In this document: positions 40,912 to 51,591 of the stretch, in pieces | How positions within the stretch are numbered: the stretch's first letter is position 1 | How the letters are laid out: every line of letters begins with the position of its first letter | Position numbers and translations under genes: made by a program | Assembly (NCBI GenBank): GCA_965249575.1 | Contig: OZ252244.1 | Span: 800,001 to 864,000 of the forward strand | DNA: 64,000 nt | From: Gemmatimonadales bacterium | Lineage (GTDB): Bacteria > Gemmatimonadota > Gemmatimonadetes > Gemmatimonadales > GWC2-71-9 | Direction of reading: 5' to 3' | The notes under the pieces: model-generated | Told to the model about the DNA's origin: nothing | Databases searched by the model: none | Seen by the model: only the letters and a program-made list of their open reading frames with translations

Positions 40912-41331
40912 ATGTACGACGAACGAATGGTCGCTCCCATGCGGGAAGAGTTGACATCCATCGGGTTTGAAGAGCTCAGAACTCCGGAGGAAGTCGACCA
41001 TACCCTCAGTGAGTCCAATGGAACGCTGCTCCTTGTGGTGAATTCGGTGTGCGGGTGTGCGGCGCGCAACGCGCGGCCAGCCGCCGCCATGGCCATCCAG
41101 CACCCCAAGAGGCCGTCGAGGCTCGCGACGGTCTTCGCCGGCCAGGACACCGAGGCAACCGCCAAGGCGCGATCGTATTTCGTAGGTTTCCGGCCCTCGT
41201 CCCCGCAGATCGCTCTCCTCAAAGACGGCAAGGTGACGTACATGCTGGAACGGCATCAAATCGAGGGCCGTGAGGCGCCCGAAATCGCCGCGGACTTGAC
41301 TGCGGCCTTCGACAAGTGGTGCGCATCTTGA
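40912..41331 (+). CDS. Bacilliredoxin BrxA/BrxB (YphP family)
   Basis: MREELT..GF, NSVCGCAA, TVFAGQD, PSSP.IAL. Confidence 0.92.
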   Translation: MYDERMVAPMREELTSIGFEELRTPEEVDHTLSESNGTLLLVVNSVCGCAARNARPAAAMAIQHPKRPSRLATVFAGQDTEATAKARSYFVGFRPSSPQIALLKDGKVTYMLERHQIEGREAPEIAADLTAAFDKWCAS

Positions 41332-41347
41332 TCACCGGAGCCGTGTG

Positions 41348-41842
41348 ATGCCGCGGGTCGCCCTGGACCAATTGCCGCCGCACGCGCGCCTGTGGATCTT
41401 CCCGGCCTCCCGTCCCTTAGAGGGCAACGAAGAGGCTATTCTGCTCGAGCGCGTCGACGGGTTCCTCGACGAGTGGCACGCTCACGGAACCCCCCTTTAC
41501 GCAGCCCGCGACTGGAAGAACAAGCAGTTCTTGTTCGTCGCGGTAGACGAATCGGCGGCAGGCGCGTCCGGGTGCTCGATCGACTCCATGGTTCGTTCCC
41601 TTCGGGAAGTCGAACGGTCGCTCGGCGTTCCGATCGTCGACAGCCCACCGGTGTGGTACCTAGAGAACGGGCACGCAACCGGGGTGTCTCGCGAGGAGTT
41701 CGCTGAACGCGCGGGCAGCGGGACGGTGACGCTGGATACCCGGGTATTCGACAACACGCTGGGGACTGTGGGTGACATTCGCGAGGGCCGCTGGGAGGTC
41801 ACAGCGGGCGAAGCCTGGCATCGGGCGGCGTTCTTCGAGTAA
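41348..41842 (+). CDS. Conserved hypothetical protein with SGCSID motif
   Basis: LP..ARLWIF, W.AHG.PL, ASGCSID, VFDNT. Confidence 0.75.
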   Translation: MPRVALDQLPPHARLWIFPASRPLEGNEEAILLERVDGFLDEWHAHGTPLYAARDWKNKQFLFVAVDESAAGASGCSIDSMVRSLREVERSLGVPIVDSPPVWYLENGHATGVSREEFAERAGSGTVTLDTRVFDNTLGTVGDIREGRWEVTAGEAWHRAAFFE

Positions 41843-41873
41843 TCCGGTAGGGAGGGTGCGGGGTATCGCCCTG

Positions 41874-42866
41874 TCAGGAACGCCTGCCGGCATGTTCCGA
41901 CGATGTGGGAATCTCACCGGCCAGAATACCGGCGAGCTGGTCGGTATCGATATTCCCCCCCGACACAATACACACGATGTTGCCCGACCCGGCGCGACCG
42001 GTCAACGCGGCCGCCACGGACGCCGCGCCTGCCCCCTCCGCGACAATGCGCTGGCGTTCCGCCAACCGCCGAATTGCGGCCGTTACGTCCGCAATGGAGA
42101 CGACGATCGATTCATCGATGAGGGTCGAGACGAGCGGCCACATCTCCGGCAGGACCGAGCTGCCGCCGATGCCGTCGACGAAGCTGGGAACGCGCTCCAC
42201 GCGCTGCGGACTGCCGGCGGCGATCGAGGCGCGCAGCGGGGCAGCGGTCTCGACTTCTGCACCGTAGACTCTGACGCTCGGGCGGCGGGCCCGCACGGCG
42301 CTGGCGATACCACAGCTGAGCCCACCGCCGCCGAACGGTACGATCACGGAGTCGACGTTGGGTAAGTCCTCGAGGATTTCCAGCCCGATCGTACCGTGTC
42401 CCGCCACCACGTCCCGATCCGCCACTGGGTGGACGAAGGTCCCGTCGAGGCCGGGATAGTGACCGTCGACGATCACTTGCCACCACTCCTCGTAGGGCGC
42501 CTTCAAGACGGTCGCGCCCAGCCGCTCCGTCGCCGCCACCTTCGTTTTCGGGGCTCCCTCCGGCACGATGACGGAGCACGGGATTCCCAGGGCCCGTGCG
42601 CACCACGCAAGCCCTTGGGCCCAGTTACCTGCACTCGCGGTGTAGATGCCGTGCCGCAGGTCCTCCGGACTCCTGCGGCGGAGTACGTTTCCCGCCCCGC
42701 GTAGCTTAAAGGACCCGATTGGCTGGAGGTTCTCGAGCTTGAGGTAAACAGTCGCCGGTGATTCTACCGGCTCCAGACGAATGAGCGGCGAGCGAATACC
42801 GATGTCCGCAATGCGCCGCTGCGCTGACTCGATTTCCGCCAGGGTCAGCGCGTCAAGGGATCGCGT
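41874..42866 (-). CDS. PLP-dependent threonine/serine dehydratase (start uncertain)
   Basis: LKLENLQPIGSFKLRG, SAGN, GGGGL, SGGN. Confidence 0.9.
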   Translation of the reverse strand, partial: TRSLDALTLAEIESAQRRIADIGIRSPLIRLEPVESPATVYLKLENLQPIGSFKLRGAGNVLRRRSPEDLRHGIYTASAGNWAQGLAWCARALGIPCSVIVPEGAPKTKVAATERLGATVLKAPYEEWWQVIVDGHYPGLDGTFVHPVADRDVVAGHGTIGLEILEDLPNVDSVIVPFGGGGLSCGIASAVRARRPSVRVYGAEVETAAPLRASIAAGSPQRVERVPSFVDGIGGSSVLPEMWPLVSTLIDESIVVSIADVTAAIRRLAERQRIVAEGAGAASVAAALTGRAGSGNIVCIVSGGNIDTDQLAGILAGEIPTSSEHAGRRS

Positions 42867-43854
42867 GACGGGTACCTCCGAAATCGACCGTTGCCCCGGC
42901 ACCGAGCCGCCGGGCTTTTCGATAGATATGCTCGGCCGCAGCGAGATCCTCGACCGCGAGGCCCAAGGACTTGAACAAGGTCACCTCGTTTTCCGCCCGC
43001 CGTCCGACCGCCTTTCCAACGAGTACCTCGCCGATCTCGGCGACGATGTGGTCGTCCGCAATGGCGCCCTCGGACCGAGCGAGGAGGAAGTCGCCCGACT
43101 CGGCGAAGGCGGATTCCCGCCGATCGACGAACAGGCGTGACTTGGCAACGGCGAGCGAGTCCAGCTCCCGCGCAGTGGGGAGCCCCGCCCCAACCGCGTT
43201 GATGTGGGCCCCCGCCGCGATCCAATCGCCGCGCAACACAACGTCATGCGAGGAGGTGACCGTGCAGATAATGTCCGCGCCTCGCACCGCGGCCTCGGCT
43301 GAAGCCGCCACCTCGACCGGCACATCGTCCTTCCCCGATTCGCTCTCGGCGAATGCCTCGCGCCGTTCGGCGGAGCGGCTCCAGACCCGCACTCCAGATA
43401 GCTGTCGAACCGAACGCATTGCCTCGAAGTGTGTCCGAGCCTGGCCACCCGAGCCGAGGATGGCGAGAACGCTCGCATCCCTCCGCGCGAGCAGCGCCGT
43501 CGCGACCGCGGAAACCGCTGCCGTGCGGATGGCGGTAATTGCGGTGGCATCCATCACCGCGGCCAAACAACCATGCTCCACCTCGAACAGGAGCACTGCG
43601 CCCTGATGGGCGTCGAACTTGGTCCCATGATTCTCAGGAAAGATCGTCAGCACCTTGATGCCCGCCGATGGGGGCGCCCCCATGTACGCCGGCATGAGGC
43701 CGAGCAACCCCTTCCGCTCGGGCAGGCGGACCACTTGCCGCAATGGGAGGATCACGTTTCCCTTTGCCAGCTGTTTCAACGCGTCGCGCATCACGTCGAT
43801 GCATTCCCTCATGGGCAGTAGCTTCGCAACGTCGTGGTGGTTGACTATGAGCAT
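42853..43854 (-). CDS. Ornithine cyclodeaminase/mu-crystallin family
   Basis: MPA, TAIRTAAVS, GSGGQA, HINAVG, FKSLG.AVED. Confidence 0.9.
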   Translation of the reverse strand: MLIVNHHDVAKLLPMRECIDVMRDALKQLAKGNVILPLRQVVRLPERKGLLGLMPAYMGAPPSAGIKVLTIFPENHGTKFDAHQGAVLLFEVEHGCLAAVMDATAITAIRTAAVSAVATALLARRDASVLAILGSGGQARTHFEAMRSVRQLSGVRVWSRSAERREAFAESESGKDDVPVEVAASAEAAVRGADIICTVTSSHDVVLRGDWIAAGAHINAVGAGLPTARELDSLAVAKSRLFVDRRESAFAESGDFLLARSEGAIADDHIVAEIGEVLVGKAVGRRAENEVTLFKSLGLAVEDLAAAEHIYRKARRLGAGATVDFGGTRHAIP

Positions 43855-44056
43855 TGCGCCGCGCCTCGCGGTCAGGGTGGGCGGGGATAATGGACGGCCC
43901 CGAATGGCGCGTGTCAAATAGGAGACCACTGCAGCGCAAGGCCCGACGAGGGCGCTGGACGACCGCTCCGCTACTATGCACATTGCTGGCCCGGGTACGG
44001 CGAAGTCGCGGCTTCGTACGCGTTGCGGACATGCTCGTAAAATGAAAGGATCCGGG

Positions 44057-44560
44057 GTGTCGCTTTCCGTCGTCTTCGAGCCACTGTTCCCCGACGCGAT
44101 CGTACCAACTCGCGCCACGACCCGGTCGGCGGGGCTCGACCTCTACGTCCACCTTCGAAACCGACGAGTCGCCGTACGGGACGAGCACGGCCGGCCCAAC
44201 GAGCGCGAGACCGGGGACGGCGATGACGCCTCTGTACTCCTCTCACCCGGCGAGACCGCGCTTCTCCCACTTGGATTCAAGGCGACCCTTCCCGATGGGT
44301 TCGAAGCGCAAATTCGGGCCCGCTCGTCGTGGGCGTTCGAGCGCGGTATCATGCTCCCCAACGCACCAGGTACCATCGACGCCGATTTCCCCGACGAATG
44401 GAGAGTGATGCTGAAGGTCTGCGGAAAGTCGGAGATCGTCGTCAAACACGGTGATCGAGTCGCCCAAGCCGTGCTCTCCCGGTTTGAGGCGACCACCTGG
44501 GTGCGAGGCCAGGTCGGAGTCTCCACTGACCGCCGCGGGGGGTTCGGCAGCACGGGCTGA
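44057..44560 (+). CDS. dut: dUTP diphosphatase
   Basis: AGLDL, RSS, GTIDADF, DRVAQ, RGGFGS. Confidence 0.88.
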   Translation: MSLSVVFEPLFPDAIVPTRATTRSAGLDLYVHLRNRRVAVRDEHGRPNERETGDGDDASVLLSPGETALLPLGFKATLPDGFEAQIRARSSWAFERGIMLPNAPGTIDADFPDEWRVMLKVCGKSEIVVKHGDRVAQAVLSRFEATTWVRGQVGVSTDRRGGFGSTG

Positions 44561-44636
44561 GTCTCGCCTCCCGCTGGTCCTTGCCTCGGCAACGACTTCC
44601 AATGACCCAAACAATGCCTTCCAGCGGCCACGACCG

Positions 44637-46029
44637 ATGATCCAACGTCGGGTCTGCTACACGGTCATCGAGCGAGTGCGCCAGCTCGCGAGTTTCGTTC
44701 CGAGAGAAACCCAATGCCGCATCGCGCTGGCCTTGCCCTTCCTCGCGATGATCGCGGTTACCGGCCTCGACTTCCGAGTGATCGGCGACGAGCCCGCGCA
44801 TCTGCGGATCATCGAGCGGGTTGCTCGGGATTGGCCGCGGCCCGACTTGAGCGACTACTACTCGCTCTCTCTTCCCTTGCCGTACGTGATATGGTCGGCC
44901 TGGGGGAAGATCGTGGGATTTGACATCTGGAAGCTGCGGCTCCTCGCCGTGCTATCCACCTACCTGGCCGCCAACGTCTTGTACGGCCTCTGTAAGCGGC
45001 ACACCCTGCCATATCCGCTGCTGAGCACGTGGATATATGTCTTTCATCCGTACGTGTTCTTTCACGGGTTCACCGTGTATACGAACAGTATCGCTGCCCT
45101 GTTCGGCATACTGTCTCTACGCTTCCTCCTGCTCGAAGAGTCCAGACCGGGGACATGGATGGCTGGGTGTGTCTGGGCAAGCCTCGCAGCCCTCACCCGC
45201 CCTTCCTACCTGGTGCTCCCAGCGGGGATACTGGCCTACGAAGTTCTCCGGGCGGAGTGGGGTGGCGGCGGGTCCGAGATCGCGGTTGGCGGTGGGCGGC
45301 GCTCGGGCTGCCCGCGGTAGCTGATCCCGCAGTTCCTACTATGGGACGGCCTCACACCCCCGACCCTCACCGACACCCATCCCGTCTACTTGGTTCCCGA
45401 GCGCTCGACCTTCTTCCCGATCTTCACCGGTGCCTACTTCCTTCCGCTCCTTGCGAGCAAGCGGACGTGGAGTGGGTTCCGAACGAAGTGGGTGGTGGGA
45501 GTCTTTCTGCTGCTCGTGCCGACGTTTCTTCGCGTTCAAACCCACCTTCACGAACGCGCCCGATATTCAAGAGCAGCTCGAGGCAACGACCGGCCTGATC
45601 ATGCATGGCCTCGATCTGCTGGGTCGATACACGTTCGATCTCTTGGAAGTCACGGCCATGTTCGGTCTATGGTGCGTCGGTGTCGCGGTTCTGCTCGGAG
45701 AAGGCGCCGTCGAGGCCTGGATACCGATCAAGGGCAAGCTATTCGGCATGCTTGGTACGTTCGTCTTGATGGTCTCCTTTCTGCCCCGGACGACCGAACG
45801 GTACTTCGTGCTGACGGTACCGCTGCTGATTCTGTTGCTCCACGCGAACTTCAGACGTCGCACATGGCTGTGGATGTGGTTGGTACTCCAGATCTTCCTC
45901 TCGGCCGCATTCTCATACTGGCAGGTCGAGCTCAAATCTTTTGAGGGATGGAGCATGTCGGAGATCTCCACGGCTGAACGCCCGCCGGCCGGCGGAGTGA
46001 GTTTCAGCAACCGATCGCCCGCGGCCTAG
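44637..46029 (+). CDS. GT-C-type integral membrane glycosyltransferase (three apparent frameshifts, ~45260, ~45318, ~45525)
   Basis: GDEPAH after TM1, many TM helices, late ERYF motif; coding signal moves across three frames. Confidence 0.55.
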
Positions 46030-46041
46030 TCGAAGGCGACA

Positions 46042-47628
46042 ATGCCGAGCCTCTTGTACGAACTGACAGGCCTCCACCGGGTGTGCATTCCCGACCTGGT
46101 TCGGGCCCGCGTCGGACGGAGCCCCGAGCGCCCCTTCATTCGATATGGCGATTCAGTCTGGACCTACGCGGACGCACTGGAGCAGATGGAGCGATTTGCG
46201 GGCTACTTGCACTCCAGCGGCGCCGGGGGTTCGGGCAAGCGGGTGGCCACCTACCTAAGCAACCGCCCTGAGGTCTTGTGGACCTGGTTCGGGACGCACC
46301 TCACCGGTGCCACGTACGTCAGTCTCAACCGGGAGCATAAGGGTCCCGTCCTCGAAGACATGCTGCGCCGATCCGGAGCCGAGCTGCTGGTCACCGATCG
46401 TTCGGCGGCGACGCAACTCCCGGCAGCTCGTGGTTCCGGCGTGCGGACCATCGTCTTCGTCGACGGGCCTCCCACCGACTTCGGGGGCGGCTACGAGGTA
46501 TCGAGCTGGGATCGGGTTGATCGCAGCCCCGCCGCCCCAGAACATTCGCCCGATCCGGCAAGCACCGCGACGGTCATGTTCACGTCCGGCACGACCGGCC
46601 GTTCAAAGGCAGTACCGATCACGCACAACCAGTTCAGCCGCAATGCGGAGCACCTGGCCAGCGCGCTGGCTCTGCGGCCCGACGACGTCTTCCACGGCTG
46701 GGCCCCGTTGTATCACGTGGGCGGACAACTCTACATGGTCATGACGGCGATCGTCGCGGGCGCGTCGATCGCGCTGTATCCTGCGTTTTCGACCTCTCGT
46801 TTTTGGAAGCAGGTCCGCGAATCTGGGGCTACGGTTTTCATCGGCTTCTCGAGCGTCATCAAAATTCTATGGGAGCGAACACCCGCCGCGCAGGCCGGCC
46901 CCAGCACGCTCCGGGTGGGCGTCATTGGGAAAATTCCGGCGGACCTACACCGCCCGTTCGAGCAGCGTTTTGGCCTCACGTTGCTCGACATGTACGGCAT
47001 GACCGAGGCCGAGATCCTCACTCTTCCTCGATTAGGCGAGGCGGTGCCGGTTGGATCCTGTGGTCGCGTGGGACCGGATTTCGACCTCGTAATACTCGAC
47101 GACCGCGACCAGGTTCTGCCCCCGGGTCGCGTGGGCCAGATCTGTGTCCGGTCCAAAGTTCCGCATGTCATGACGACGGGGTACGAAGGTGACGACGCCG
47201 CAACTGCGGAGGCGTGGCGGAACGACTGGTTCCATACCGGAGACCTCGGGAAGATCGACCAGGACGGGTACGTTTTTCACGTCGACCGCTTGCAACACGC
47301 CATCCGCCGCCGTGGCGAGAACGTCTCGTCCTGGGAGGTCGAACAAATCCTCGAGCAGCACCCGGCCATCGCGCAGGCTGCCGCGATCGGCGTACCGTCT
47401 TCCCTGGGCGAGGAAGACGTTAAGGTAGTCGTCGTACTGCGGCCGGGCATGACGCTGGATCATCGGGAAGTCCATGCGTTCTGCGCGAGCCGCATGGCCC
47501 GCTTCATGGTGCCCCGCTATATCGAGCTGCGGCCGGCTTTGCCCTACTCGGAGGTGGGCAAAGTGCAAAAGGAACAACTGAAAGAGCTGGGGCCGCCGGT
47601 CTGGGACGCCGAACGGAGTGACACGTAG
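46042..47628 (+). CDS. AMP-binding CoA ligase (CaiC-like)
   Basis: FTSGTTGRSK, YGMTE, WFHTGD, IRRRGENVSS.EVE. Confidence 0.88.
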   Translation: MPSLLYELTGLHRVCIPDLVRARVGRSPERPFIRYGDSVWTYADALEQMERFAGYLHSSGAGGSGKRVATYLSNRPEVLWTWFGTHLTGATYVSLNREHKGPVLEDMLRRSGAELLVTDRSAATQLPAARGSGVRTIVFVDGPPTDFGGGYEVSSWDRVDRSPAAPEHSPDPASTATVMFTSGTTGRSKAVPITHNQFSRNAEHLASALALRPDDVFHGWAPLYHVGGQLYMVMTAIVAGASIALYPAFSTSRFWKQVRESGATVFIGFSSVIKILWERTPAAQAGPSTLRVGVIGKIPADLHRPFEQRFGLTLLDMYGMTEAEILTLPRLGEAVPVGSCGRVGPDFDLVILDDRDQVLPPGRVGQICVRSKVPHVMTTGYEGDDAATAEAWRNDWFHTGDLGKIDQDGYVFHVDRLQHAIRRRGENVSSWEVEQILEQHPAIAQAAAIGVPSSLGEEDVKVVVVLRPGMTLDHREVHAFCASRMARFMVPRYIELRPALPYSEVGKVQKEQLKELGPPVWDAERSDT

Positions 47629-47726
47629 GAGGGACGGTCGTGACTAGTAAGCAGCAGGTCACTCCGCGGCGTGATAGATTGACGGATCGGCACAATTCGG
47701 TCGGTTGACTTACAGGAGACGAATTC

Positions 47727-48335
47727 ATGGCAAGAGCCACGATACTTCTCGGCACCTTTCTCACGATAGTCGGTATGCCGGGGACAGCGGGTGGACAGAC
47801 GGACGGGATGGCGCACATCCTCCCAGCCTCACAGCAAATCGCCGGGGCCGTCACGGCCCTGCCCGAGGAAATGCGTGACCGCGCCGCGGTGTTAGGATAC
47901 TCGCAGGCGGCCCGCCTGGTCTCCTTGCGGCACGGTACGAACGACATGCTCTGTCTTGCCGACGACCCCAACCGGGCGAACTTTCACGTTGCGTGTTATC
48001 ACACTTCCCTCGAGCCATTTATGGCGCGTGGGCGCGAGTTGACGGCCAAGGGGATCACCGGAGCGAGACGAGACAGCATCCGCAACACCGATGTGACCGA
48101 GGGCCGAATTGAAATGCCCGCCGTAGGTGCGCTGTACACCCTGACCGGTCCGCCCGGGAGCTTCGACCCCGCAACCGGCACGGTGACCGGAGGCCGCCCG
48201 CTCCACTCCATCTACATTCCGTTCGCGACCGCTGAATCGACTGGGCTCTCACCAACCCCGAAGCGGGGTCAACCCTGGATTATGCTCCCAGGCACGCCAA
48301 AGGCTCACATCATGTTCGGGGCGCACGACCACTAG
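47727..48335 (+). CDS. Secreted hypothetical protein
   Basis: AGGAG SD, signal peptide, CLAD, ACYH, PWIM.PGTP.AHIM. Confidence 0.75.
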   Translation: MARATILLGTFLTIVGMPGTAGGQTDGMAHILPASQQIAGAVTALPEEMRDRAAVLGYSQAARLVSLRHGTNDMLCLADDPNRANFHVACYHTSLEPFMARGRELTAKGITGARRDSIRNTDVTEGRIEMPAVGALYTLTGPPGSFDPATGTVTGGRPLHSIYIPFATAESTGLSPTPKRGQPWIMLPGTPKAHIMFGAHDH

Positions 48336-48353
48336 ACAATGCACCGGCTGGAT

Positions 48354-48371
48354 GGGGGGGGCGACCCCCCC
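48354..48371. terminator. G7-GCGA-C7 hairpin between convergent genes
   Basis: GNRA tetraloop stem between the stops at 48335 and 48380. Confidence 0.5.
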
Positions 48372-48379
48372 TCCTCGTC

Positions 48380-48841
48380 CTACCGTTCCGTCCATTCGAC
48401 GCTGTCCCCCACCCTGATCGTCCCACTGTCGAGGACCTCACCGTAAGCCCCTCCGCGCCACGCCGAGCGCATCGCGTCCCGGAGTCCAGGCCACGCTTCA
48501 TCCATGCGTTCGCAGGGCTTCGTTTCCCCGTGAATGAGGATGCGGCTCCTACCGACGCGCAACGTTTTTCCTCGGGTCTCCTCGAGGCTTACTCCTCGGA
48601 CCATCAAGTTCGCCCGCCGTACTGACGGCTCCGCTCCGGAACCCGTTGCACGCTGGAGCTCCTCCCAGGCTTCCTCGGCGATGACGGTAACCTGCCGTCT
48701 ACCTCGCGCGTCAGCGTTACCCAGGATGCCCGTCCCGGCCTCGAGCTGAGCGGACCGCACGGAGTCCCTTGGCCCACGGTGGGCACGCTTGACCCATATC
48801 GCTCGCAGTGATCCACTCGACGATGGTTTCCGGTCCTCCAT
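48380..48841 (-). CDS. MOSC domain protein
   Basis: RRQVTVI, RRANL, ETKPCERMD, G.IRVGD. Confidence 0.85.
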   Translation of the reverse strand: MEDRKPSSSGSLRAIWVKRAHRGPRDSVRSAQLEAGTGILGNADARGRRQVTVIAEEAWEELQRATGSGAEPSVRRANLMVRGVSLEETRGKTLRVGRSRILIHGETKPCERMDEAWPGLRDAMRSAWRGGAYGEVLDSGTIRVGDSVEWTER

Positions 48842-48889
48842 TGCTGCTCCTTTCCGTCGAGGCCACCGAACGGCTGATTCCCCCAGCGA

Positions 48890-50422
48890 CTACTCGGAGA
48901 GCTCAGATCGAATACGGCCTACCCGCGCGGCCTGCTCAAAAAGTGACGCAATGGTCTGCTTTCGCACCTTCCCCATGGCGTTTCGTGGTAGCGAGTCGAC
49001 CGGAAGCAGGGCAGACGGGACCTTATACGGAGCGAGGCGCTCCTTGGCCCACTGCCGCATGTCATCGAGGGTGAGGTCGGCTCCGGCTGTGAGCTCGACG
49101 GCCGCACACACTCGCTCGCCCCAATCCGCGTCATCCGCCCCGACCACGGCGCAGTCCCGGACGCTCGGATGGGTACGAAGCACCTCCTCGATTTCGAGTG
49201 CCGACACCTTGTAGCCCCCAGTCTTGATGATGTCGACACTCTTCCGGCCGAGAATGCGGTAGCATCCTTCCTCCACGATGGCCACGTCTCCCGTCCGGAA
49301 CCACCCGTCTCGGAACGCCGCGCGTGTTTCCTCCGGGCGCCGCCAGTATTCCTTGAATACGCTGGGTCCCCGCACCTCGATCTCCCCAGGAGACCCCGGT
49401 TCCACGATCCGACCGTCCTCATCCACCAGGCGAAGGTCAACACCGGGCAGCGGGACACCAACGGTTCCCGGCAAGCGACGCCCGATCAGCGGATTCGACA
49501 GCGCCATGCCGATTTCCGTCATACCGTAACGCTCGAGCAAGACGTGTCCACTGATGGCCCGCCATCGCTCGAGGGTCGACACGGGGAGCGCGGCCGACCC
49601 CGATACCATGAGTCGCAGCCGTGAACACCCCGCGGACATCAACTCTCGCCGATCCCCGGACGCCGATTCGAAGGCGGCAATCAGCTTCCGATAAATCGTC
49701 GGGACGGCCATGAATAGCGACGGAGGGTCCTCAACGAACCGAGCCCAGACCGCCGCCGGGTCAAAACGGGGCATCATCACGCAACGGGCCCCCGCCCACA
49801 GCGCGCAGGTAACGACGTTGATGATTCCGTGAATGTGATGCAGGGGCAACACCAGGAGAATCCGGTCATCCGCACTCCACTCCCAAGCGGAAATCAGGGT
49901 GGTAACCTGTGCGCGTATATTCGCATGGGTCGTGATCACGCCCTTGGGCCGTCCGGTGGTGCCGCTGGTGTACACCATGAGTGCCGGGCGCTCATCACTC
50001 ACGCCCGGAAGCGGTCCCGCGGGACGAATCACTGCGTCTCCCACCCGGACCAGGCGGAGACCGCGCGCCTTGGCTAGCGCACCCATCGTCGCTTCGTGCC
50101 GCGAGTCGGTCACCACAGCCACCGCATCCGAATCCGCGACGACGTAGTCGAGCTCCGGCGGCGGATGGGAAACGGCGAGTGGTACCGCGACCCCGCCGGC
50201 CCGCCAGATGCCCCACTGCACCGCGACGTATTCAAAGCCGGGCTCGACGAGGAAGGCAACTCTGCATCCGTTGAGGTCGGCGCCACCGTTCAGCAGATCC
50301 GAGCCCACCCGAGCCGAGGCCTCGAGGAGAGTCCGGTAGTCGAATTCCGCGTCCGCCTCAATGGCAATTCTCGTCGAATGGCCCTCGGCCCGCGCAACGA
50401 GCGGCAGCGGCGCTATCCGCAT
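48890..50422 (-). CDS. Acyl-CoA synthetase, malonyl-CoA synthetase (MatB/ACSF3)-like
   Basis: YTSGTTGRPKG, LPLHHIHG, ERYGMTE, IKTGGYKVSALEIE. Confidence 0.88.
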   Translation of the reverse strand: MRIAPLPLVARAEGHSTRIAIEADAEFDYRTLLEASARVGSDLLNGGADLNGCRVAFLVEPGFEYVAVQWGIWRAGGVAVPLAVSHPPPELDYVVADSDAVAVVTDSRHEATMGALAKARGLRLVRVGDAVIRPAGPLPGVSDERPALMVYTSGTTGRPKGVITTHANIRAQVTTLISAWEWSADDRILLVLPLHHIHGIINVVTCALWAGARCVMMPRFDPAAVWARFVEDPPSLFMAVPTIYRKLIAAFESASGDRRELMSAGCSRLRLMVSGSAALPVSTLERWRAISGHVLLERYGMTEIGMALSNPLIGRRLPGTVGVPLPGVDLRLVDEDGRIVEPGSPGEIEVRGPSVFKEYWRRPEETRAAFRDGWFRTGDVAIVEEGCYRILGRKSVDIIKTGGYKVSALEIEEVLRTHPSVRDCAVVGADDADWGERVCAAVELTAGADLTLDDMRQWAKERLAPYKVPSALLPVDSLPRNAMGKVRKQTIASLFEQAARVGRIRSELSE

Positions 50423-50617
50423 CACGGGGACCTATGCGTCTCCCGCGCGGTGATGCCGGCGGACTGAGAATCTGTTCGGAACGCGCCGGTCACAGGGCGA
50501 CTTGGCCTGAACCGCCGTGCCCTTGACGCTGCAAGCGTGCTCCCCGTACTTGCACACTCTGCCGAACCGGTCCGTTCACCGTGGGTCGAAACCATTCTAT
50601 TTCCTGGAAAGGCAGCA

Positions 50618-51535
50618 ATGAGGCTAACTCGCCGGGAAGTGATCAAATTGAGTGCGGCGACGAGCGCGTCACTGTTGCTTGGCTGGCGTCCCGATCTCCT
50701 CTTCGCCCAGGACCTGCTCACCCGCCCCATCCCTTCCACCGGCGAGAGCGTACCCGTGGTCGGCATCGGTGGTAGAAATTACCGGGTCGGGCCTTCAGCG
50801 GAAGTACGCGCCCCGTTCAAAGCGACGCTCCAGAAATTTGCTGAGCTCGGTGGCAAGATCGTCGATACCGCTCCGTCGTATGGGAATTCGGAACGCGTGT
50901 TCGGCGACCTGATGTCCGAGCTCGAGGTCCGCAGCAACCTGTTCGTTGCGACGAAAGTCGACAGGCGAGGTCGCCAGGCCGGCATCGAGGGGATGGAACA
51001 GTCCCTCGAGTACCTGCGGACGGATCGCGTGGATCTCATGCAGGTTCACAATCTCATTGACACCGAGACCCAGCTAGCCACGTGCAGGGAATGGAAAGCC
51101 CAGGGACGCATTCGCTATCTCGGAATTACCACTTCATCCACTCGGCAGTACGATCGCTTTCTGCAAGTCATGAACAAGGAGCCACTCGACTTCATCCAGG
51201 TCAACTACTCACTAGGAGCTCGCGACGCCGCTGAACGCATCCTCCCATTGGCTCGAGACCGAGGAATCGCGGTACTTGTTAACCTTCCGTTTGGACGGGG
51301 GCGACTCTTCAACCGTGTCGGAGAGCGGCCGCTACCCGGTTGGGCGCGCGAGATCGACTGCGAGACGTGGGCTCAAGTTTTTCTCAAGTATGTCACTTCA
51401 CACCCAGCCGTGACCTGCGCGATTCCCGGAACGACCAAGGTGCGTCATGCCGTGGACAACATGGGGGCGGCCCGTGGCACGCTACCGGACCAAGCCCTTC
51501 GCCGCCGGATCATGACATTCTATGACGCGCTCTGA
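50618..51535 (+). CDS. Tat-exported aldo/keto reductase
   Basis: TRREVIK Tat signal; DTAPSYG, ATK, DLMQVHNL, IPGT. Confidence 0.9.
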   Translation: MRLTRREVIKLSAATSASLLLGWRPDLLFAQDLLTRPIPSTGESVPVVGIGGRNYRVGPSAEVRAPFKATLQKFAELGGKIVDTAPSYGNSERVFGDLMSELEVRSNLFVATKVDRRGRQAGIEGMEQSLEYLRTDRVDLMQVHNLIDTETQLATCREWKAQGRIRYLGITTSSTRQYDRFLQVMNKEPLDFIQVNYSLGARDAAERILPLARDRGIAVLVNLPFGRGRLFNRVGERPLPGWAREIDCETWAQVFLKYVTSHPAVTCAIPGTTKVRHAVDNMGAARGTLPDQALRRRIMTFYDAL

Positions 51536-51591
51536 CCGCCAGACCGGGCCGATCGCCGCCGCTGAATCGGACTTCGCTCAAGCAAGATAGC

